Source of the DNA: Phycisphaerae bacterium
Lineage (GTDB): Bacteria > Planctomycetota > Phycisphaerae > UBA1845
Direction of reading: 5' to 3'
DNA length: 64,000 bases
Assembly (NCBI GenBank): GCA_963666835.2
Contig: CAXXGO010000001.1
Coordinates: 2,080,001 to 2,144,000 of the forward strand
The translations under genes were made by a program, and so were the position numbers. This document shows, in pieces, positions 60,387 through 64,000 of the stretch. A model generated the notes under the pieces. The model had not been told where the DNA came from. It searched no databases and was given only the letters and a program-made list of their open reading frames with translations. Positions within the stretch are counted from its first letter, which is position 1. The number at the start of each line of letters is the position of its first letter.

Positions 60387-60662
60387 TGAGTATTTGCGTA
60401 CGTCGTCTATCTCTTCCGAGGAGAAGGGGGGACGCTCGTGTTTCACATGACCCGGCTGGCCACCGATCTTGCGTTTCTGCTTCTTGGCCTTTGTCTTCTT
60501 GCCCGATGCCGCTTTCGGCGGTTTGGCGATGTCACTCGAAGGCGGTCTGGAGGAATTCGAGGAGTTCTTGGACAGCTTGGCGACCAGTTCGGTAAGCCGG
60601 GCTACCTGCGCTTCTAACTCAGCGATCCGTCGCTGATAGGCTTGTTCTCGGGTCGGTTCCAT
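60330..60662 (-). pseudogene. Truncated IS66-family transposase N-terminus
   Basis: Coiled coil, NSSNSSRPPSSD, GGQPGH and CPHCG; truncated at the istA junction. Confidence 0.85.
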
Positions 60663-60922
60663 CGGCCGCTTCCTGGAATGGGGTCTTACCTCCATACCAT
60701 GATCGGCAATCTCCTCTCGCCATTCAACGTGGTAGCCGGGCAGAGTCTTTCCCCGGGCGATACGTTTCCCGGCGCCACCCGTCAGCCAAGCTCTGTGCTT
60801 GCGACCCATGCGAACAGGCTACGACCGGACGAAGTCGCCGTAAACTGAGTGCGCATAGCGCACGCACAGATATCCGAAGCAAACCGACAGGCTCGTAAGT
60901 CCTTATTTTGCATGTTTTAGAC

Positions 60923-60966
60923 TACGCCGCGCGGGATTCGAACCTGCAACCTTCGGTTCCGTAGAC
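60923..60966 (-). tRNA. 3' half of tRNA-Arg(ACG), att-site duplication (not a full tRNA)
   Basis: Minus strand GTCTACGGAACCGAAGGTTGCAGGTTCGAATCCCGCGCGGCGTA: ACG anticodon loop, T-arm GGTTCGAATCC. No D-arm or 5' acceptor strand. Confidence 0.8.
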
Positions 60967-60978
60967 GGCGAGCCCCAT

Positions 60979-61428
60979 GTGCAAGCCATTAAACCGCAAG
61001 GAGTTACGGACGTGGCTTCCGTCGCTTGTACCAATGCTTGTACCGGAATCCAGAATCCAGCGCAAGCCGAGACCGCCCAAGTGGAAAGCGAGGCAGGGGG
61101 CGAAGACTCCGGTGAGCCGGAATCCGACGAAGGCGACCAGACCGCGGGCAGGTCTTCTTCTCTCTCTGAGAGCTCGGCCAAGTCTGCTATCAAGGACGAT
61201 GAGACTCTATCGCGGGAGGGAGTTGCTGATACCGTCGCGACTGCGGCTCCGACGGCTCAGGCGTTGGTCGATGCGTTGGCCATACTGGAGAGGCTCCCGC
61301 TAACTGATACGGAGCGGGCCGAGGCAGTCCGTCGGCTACTGGGCAGGCCGGACGAGTCGGGGGACGTGCAAGCCGGACCGGAAGCCCCGACCGCCCGGGA
61401 GCCAACGGGGGGCGGGGTCGATGTGTGA
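60979..61428 (+). CDS. Low-complexity hypothetical protein (doubtful)
   Basis: Open frame with a short helical segment LERLPLTDTERAEAVRRLL; overlaps att-side repeats. Confidence 0.3.
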   Translation: MQAIKPQGVTDVASVACTNACTGIQNPAQAETAQVESEAGGEDSGEPESDEGDQTAGRSSSLSESSAKSAIKDDETLSREGVADTVATAAPTAQALVDALAILERLPLTDTERAEAVRRLLGRPDESGDVQAGPEAPTAREPTGGGVDV

Positions 61429-61620
61429 CCCTCGCCTCGATACGTGGCAGAGCTTCGATCGCGTTGCTTGGGTGCTGCGGCGGTCTGGTGTACACAGTGT
61501 GGCACTCACGGAATGTAAGAACCCGGACCCCCCGTCCGTTTTGATCAAGCTTAATCCTGTTTGCGATGGCCCGGTTTTTACAGACGGCCACACCGCATTC
61601 GAAAAGGTCGGACGCGGTTC

Positions 61621-61660
61621 GGGTCCTTTTGGACGCCCCCCCGCGGGCGGGGACCGCGGG
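61621..61660 (+). other. Lambda-like cosQ/cosN packaging-site motif
   Basis: GGGTCCT (identical to lambda cosQ), then GGGCGGGGACCG (10/12 to the lambda cohesive end GGGCGGCGACCT), upstream of a terminase-like gene. Confidence 0.5.
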
Positions 61661-61841
61661 GTATCGGCTGAAAAACGCGCGCGGGGGGTTTGTTTTGACT
61701 AAGTAAGTAACAAATCGCGTGACATAGGCTCGACACCGCTCCTAATGTAGGGTATATGTGGTTGAGGAGAGTGCCACCCCGGAGGCGTTCGAGGCCCGCA
61801 CTGGACGACGATCACCGGGCGCCGTTGGAGGTTTAGGGTCG

Positions 61842-62417
61842 ATGAAACAGCACCACACCAAGCGCGTTTGCCTGGCCGATCTGCGGCCGGCGGACTACAA
61901 CCCTCGGCGGATCGACGATCGGGCGTTTACGGGGCTCTCTGCGTCTCTGAAGCGGTTCGGGTATGTCGAGCGGATCGTCTGGAACACGCGGACCGGAAAC
62001 GTCGTCGGGGGGCATCAGCGGCTCAGGGCGATGCTGGCGGCCGGGGTGGTCGAGGCGGATGTCGTGGTCGTCGACCTGTCGGAGACCGAGGAGAAGGCGC
62101 TCAACGTGGCGCTAAACTCGCCGACGATTGCCGGGGAATTCACGCCGGAGTTGGACGCGATCCTCGAGGAGCTCCGGGGCAGCGCGGTTGACCTGTACGA
62201 CGAACTTCTGTTCGACGATCTCGCCCAGCCGGCCGTGCTGGCCGAGGGGGACCTCGAGGGCTGCTTCGTCGACCGCATCTCCGAGTCTGCGGACTGTGAG
62301 CAGATCACGTTCCTCTTCCCGCCGGAGGATGCGGCGGTGGTTAGACGGGCTTGTTCGGATCACAGCAAGACAACGGTGGCGGAGCGGATTACCGCGCTGT
62401 GCGCGGAGATGGCGTGA
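61842..62417 (+). CDS. Phage ParB N-terminal domain protein
   Basis: LRPADYNPR, SLKRFGYVE.IVWN..TGNVVGGHQRL and EKALNVALN; RBS GGAGG. Confidence 0.88.
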   Translation: MKQHHTKRVCLADLRPADYNPRRIDDRAFTGLSASLKRFGYVERIVWNTRTGNVVGGHQRLRAMLAAGVVEADVVVVDLSETEEKALNVALNSPTIAGEFTPELDAILEELRGSAVDLYDELLFDDLAQPAVLAEGDLEGCFVDRISESADCEQITFLFPPEDAAVVRRACSDHSKTTVAERITALCAEMA

Positions 62418-62439
62418 GGCACTGACAGAAGGAGCGACA

Positions 62440-63444
62440 ATGCCCCGAGCCGGATCACAAGTAGTGCTGTGCGACCTGCCGGTGCGATTCGACACGTATC
62501 AGGGCTGCACCCACGAATGCGCTTACTGCTTCGTGCGGCGGAAGGCGGATCTGAAGGTCAAGCTGGGTGAGTCCGCGGACTCGCTCCGGCGGTTCATCAA
62601 TGGGCATCGGACCCTGGAGACCACCTGGTGTGATTGGGACATCCCGATCCACTGGGGCGGAGTGAGCGATCCCTTCCAGCCGGTTGAGCGGAAGCACCGG
62701 CGATCCCTGGAGGCGTTACAGATTCTGGTAGAGGCACAATACCCGTTTGTGGTGTCCACCAAGGCCACGCTCCCGGGGGAGGAGCCGTACCTCGGCCTGC
62801 TCGGCCGGGCCAACGTCGTGTTCCAGGTGTCGATGGTCTCACCCCAATACGACAAGCTGGAGCCCGGAGCGCCGCCGTACCATGAGCGACTCGAGCTCAT
62901 GCGGAAGATGTCTCCGATGGTGCCGCGCACCATTGCGCGAATCCAGCCGTATGCGCTGGGCTTGTGCCGGGACGTACTGGCGAACCTCGCGAAGCTGGCG
63001 GAGGCCGGGGTGTATGGCGTTACGATCGAGGGTCTCAAACGCGGTCGCAAGGCCGACGGGTTCGTGAAGGTCGCGGGTGATTGGTGTTATCCGGTTACGG
63101 CTTTGGAGCGGGACTTTCGGCGGATTCGAGACCGCTGTCACCAGTTGGGGCTCCGGTTCTATTGTGCGGAGAATCGGCTGCGGTCGCTCGGCGATCATCC
63201 GTGCTGTTGCGGCGTAGACGGCATGGGCTGGCAGACTCTCACGGCCAACATGAATCACATCGCCCGTGACGGACGGGTTGAATACTCCGACGGAATGCGG
63301 AAGCCGGGCACTGCGTATTGCTTCAAGACCATGGCTCAGGATACGCGGTCGACCCGGACTCTGCCGAAGATGTCGTACGCGGAGTGCATGGACGCCATCA
63401 AGCAGACGCCGACCTATCGGAAGGTGATGGGATTGAGAGTGTAG
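62440..63444 (+). CDS. Radical SAM enzyme, spore-photoproduct-lyase (SplB)-like
   Basis: DTYQGCTHECAYCF (CX3CX2C), GGVSDPFQPVE, STK, RIQP and C-terminal CAEN..CCCG; RBS GAAGGAG. Confidence 0.88.
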   Translation: MPRAGSQVVLCDLPVRFDTYQGCTHECAYCFVRRKADLKVKLGESADSLRRFINGHRTLETTWCDWDIPIHWGGVSDPFQPVERKHRRSLEALQILVEAQYPFVVSTKATLPGEEPYLGLLGRANVVFQVSMVSPQYDKLEPGAPPYHERLELMRKMSPMVPRTIARIQPYALGLCRDVLANLAKLAEAGVYGVTIEGLKRGRKADGFVKVAGDWCYPVTALERDFRRIRDRCHQLGLRFYCAENRLRSLGDHPCCCGVDGMGWQTLTANMNHIARDGRVEYSDGMRKPGTAYCFKTMAQDTRSTRTLPKMSYAECMDAIKQTPTYRKVMGLRV

Positions 63445-63446
63445 TT

Positions 63447-64000
63447 ATGGCGAAACCGAAGACCGCACGGGAGGCAACCAAGCCCGGGGAACCGGTGCTC
63501 ACGGTGGTCGATCAGATCGATCGCGAGCTGGCCGCTACGGCGTTGGCGAAGCGTCGGGCGGGGGAGAAGCCCACCGGTCGGGAGCTGGCCGCTCTGCGTC
63601 GGGCGGAGGCGGCGCGTGCAACTCAACTCCGTTGGCAGCATTACAGATCGATCCCGAAGCGGGATTGGCAGACGATGTCCGGGCGACAGGTGAAGGTCAT
63701 CAACGAGCAGGCCCATCGGTACGGTCTGCCGCTGCTGGGTCGGACGATCGACCTACCCGCGGTCGTGGCCGCACTGCATGACTTCCTGGCCAGTAACAAG
63801 CACCGGCTTGCCGGCGATGGAAAAGACGGCCGGGTGAGCAGCCGTGAGGCGGATCGCCGGTACAAGCAAGCCCGGGCTGAACGGGAAGAGCGGAAGAACC
63901 AGGAGGAGGCCGGGCTGCTGGTGACGCTCGAAGAACTCAAGCGAAACCGCCTTGAGCTGATTGAATGGTTCGTGAGCGTTCTGGAGGAGCTTCCGGCCCT
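63447..64000 (+). CDS. Probable terminase small subunit (Nu1-like), partial
   Basis: Hand-translated frame open to the window end: MAKPKT...IDLPAVVAALHDFL...RYKQARAEREERKNQEEAGLLV..E...LEELP. This HTH plus coiled-coil layout resembles lambda Nu1-type proteins. Confidence 0.6.
   Translation, partial: MAKPKTAREATKPGEPVLTVVDQIDRELAATALAKRRAGEKPTGRELAALRRAEAARATQLRWQHYRSIPKRDWQTMSGRQVKVINEQAHRYGLPLLGRTIDLPAVVAALHDFLASNKHRLAGDGKDGRVSSREADRRYKQARAEREERKNQEEAGLLVTLEELKRNRLELIEWFVSVLEELPA

Larger units (their letters stand above)
60923..64000. mobile_element. Prophage end (continues beyond the window)
   Basis: tRNA 3' fragment, arm-like repeats, cos-like motif, ParB-like gene, radical SAM gene and small-terminase-like gene. 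Confidence 0.75.

Noticed and set aside
60923..61000. Complete tRNA-Arg gene
   Set aside because: No D-arm or 5' acceptor strand complementary to GCGGCGT, and the anticodon 5' stem is broken.
61421..61702. 93-aa ORF before the ParB gene
   Set aside because: No recognisable motifs; it spans the cos-like, probably non-coding region.
62128..62439. Extension of the radical SAM ORF or a ParB-rSAM frameshift fusion
   Set aside because: Overlaps ParB out of frame; ATG 62440 has its own strong RBS and no slippery site is evident.

Overview
High-GC bacterial DNA, most likely Planctomycetota/Phycisphaerae. This is inferred from an AroDE fusion, PQQ-like beta-propeller, CxxCGYxLxGL..CPECG zinc-ribbon membrane proteins and many lipoproteins. 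Left end (1-~6570): part of an integrative, phage-satellite-like element with HTH proteins, an ERCC4 nuclease, primase-helicase, excisionase and tyrosine integrase. Next (6806-13745) is the most interesting locus, a co-oriented RiPP-like operon. It encodes a twin-arginine precursor whose 48-aa mature part has a six-Cys knottin-like pattern, then a VKOR-DsbA fusion, a PqqD/RRE protein, an HPr-kinase-like kinase, a nucleotidyltransferase and two glycosyltransferases. No lasso cyclase or leader peptidase is present. The middle ~45 kb is mostly housekeeping and envelope genes: ABC transporter, tandem Hsp20 with a sigma54-type promoter, PP2C, gatB, aroK/aroDE, tal, acyl-CoA ligase plus CoA-transferase-GNAT, amrB, ROK, mutL, nadC, cyclophilin and a collagen-like lipoprotein. 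It also holds four copies of a REP/MITE-like palindromic repeat and an orphan double-CXXCG immunity-like gene. Right end: a fused IS21/IS66 transposase scar, the 3' half of tRNA-Arg(ACG) (att site) and the start of a prophage with a lambda-like cos motif, ParB-like protein, radical SAM enzyme and probable small terminase. All calls come from motif reading by eye; no database searches were run.
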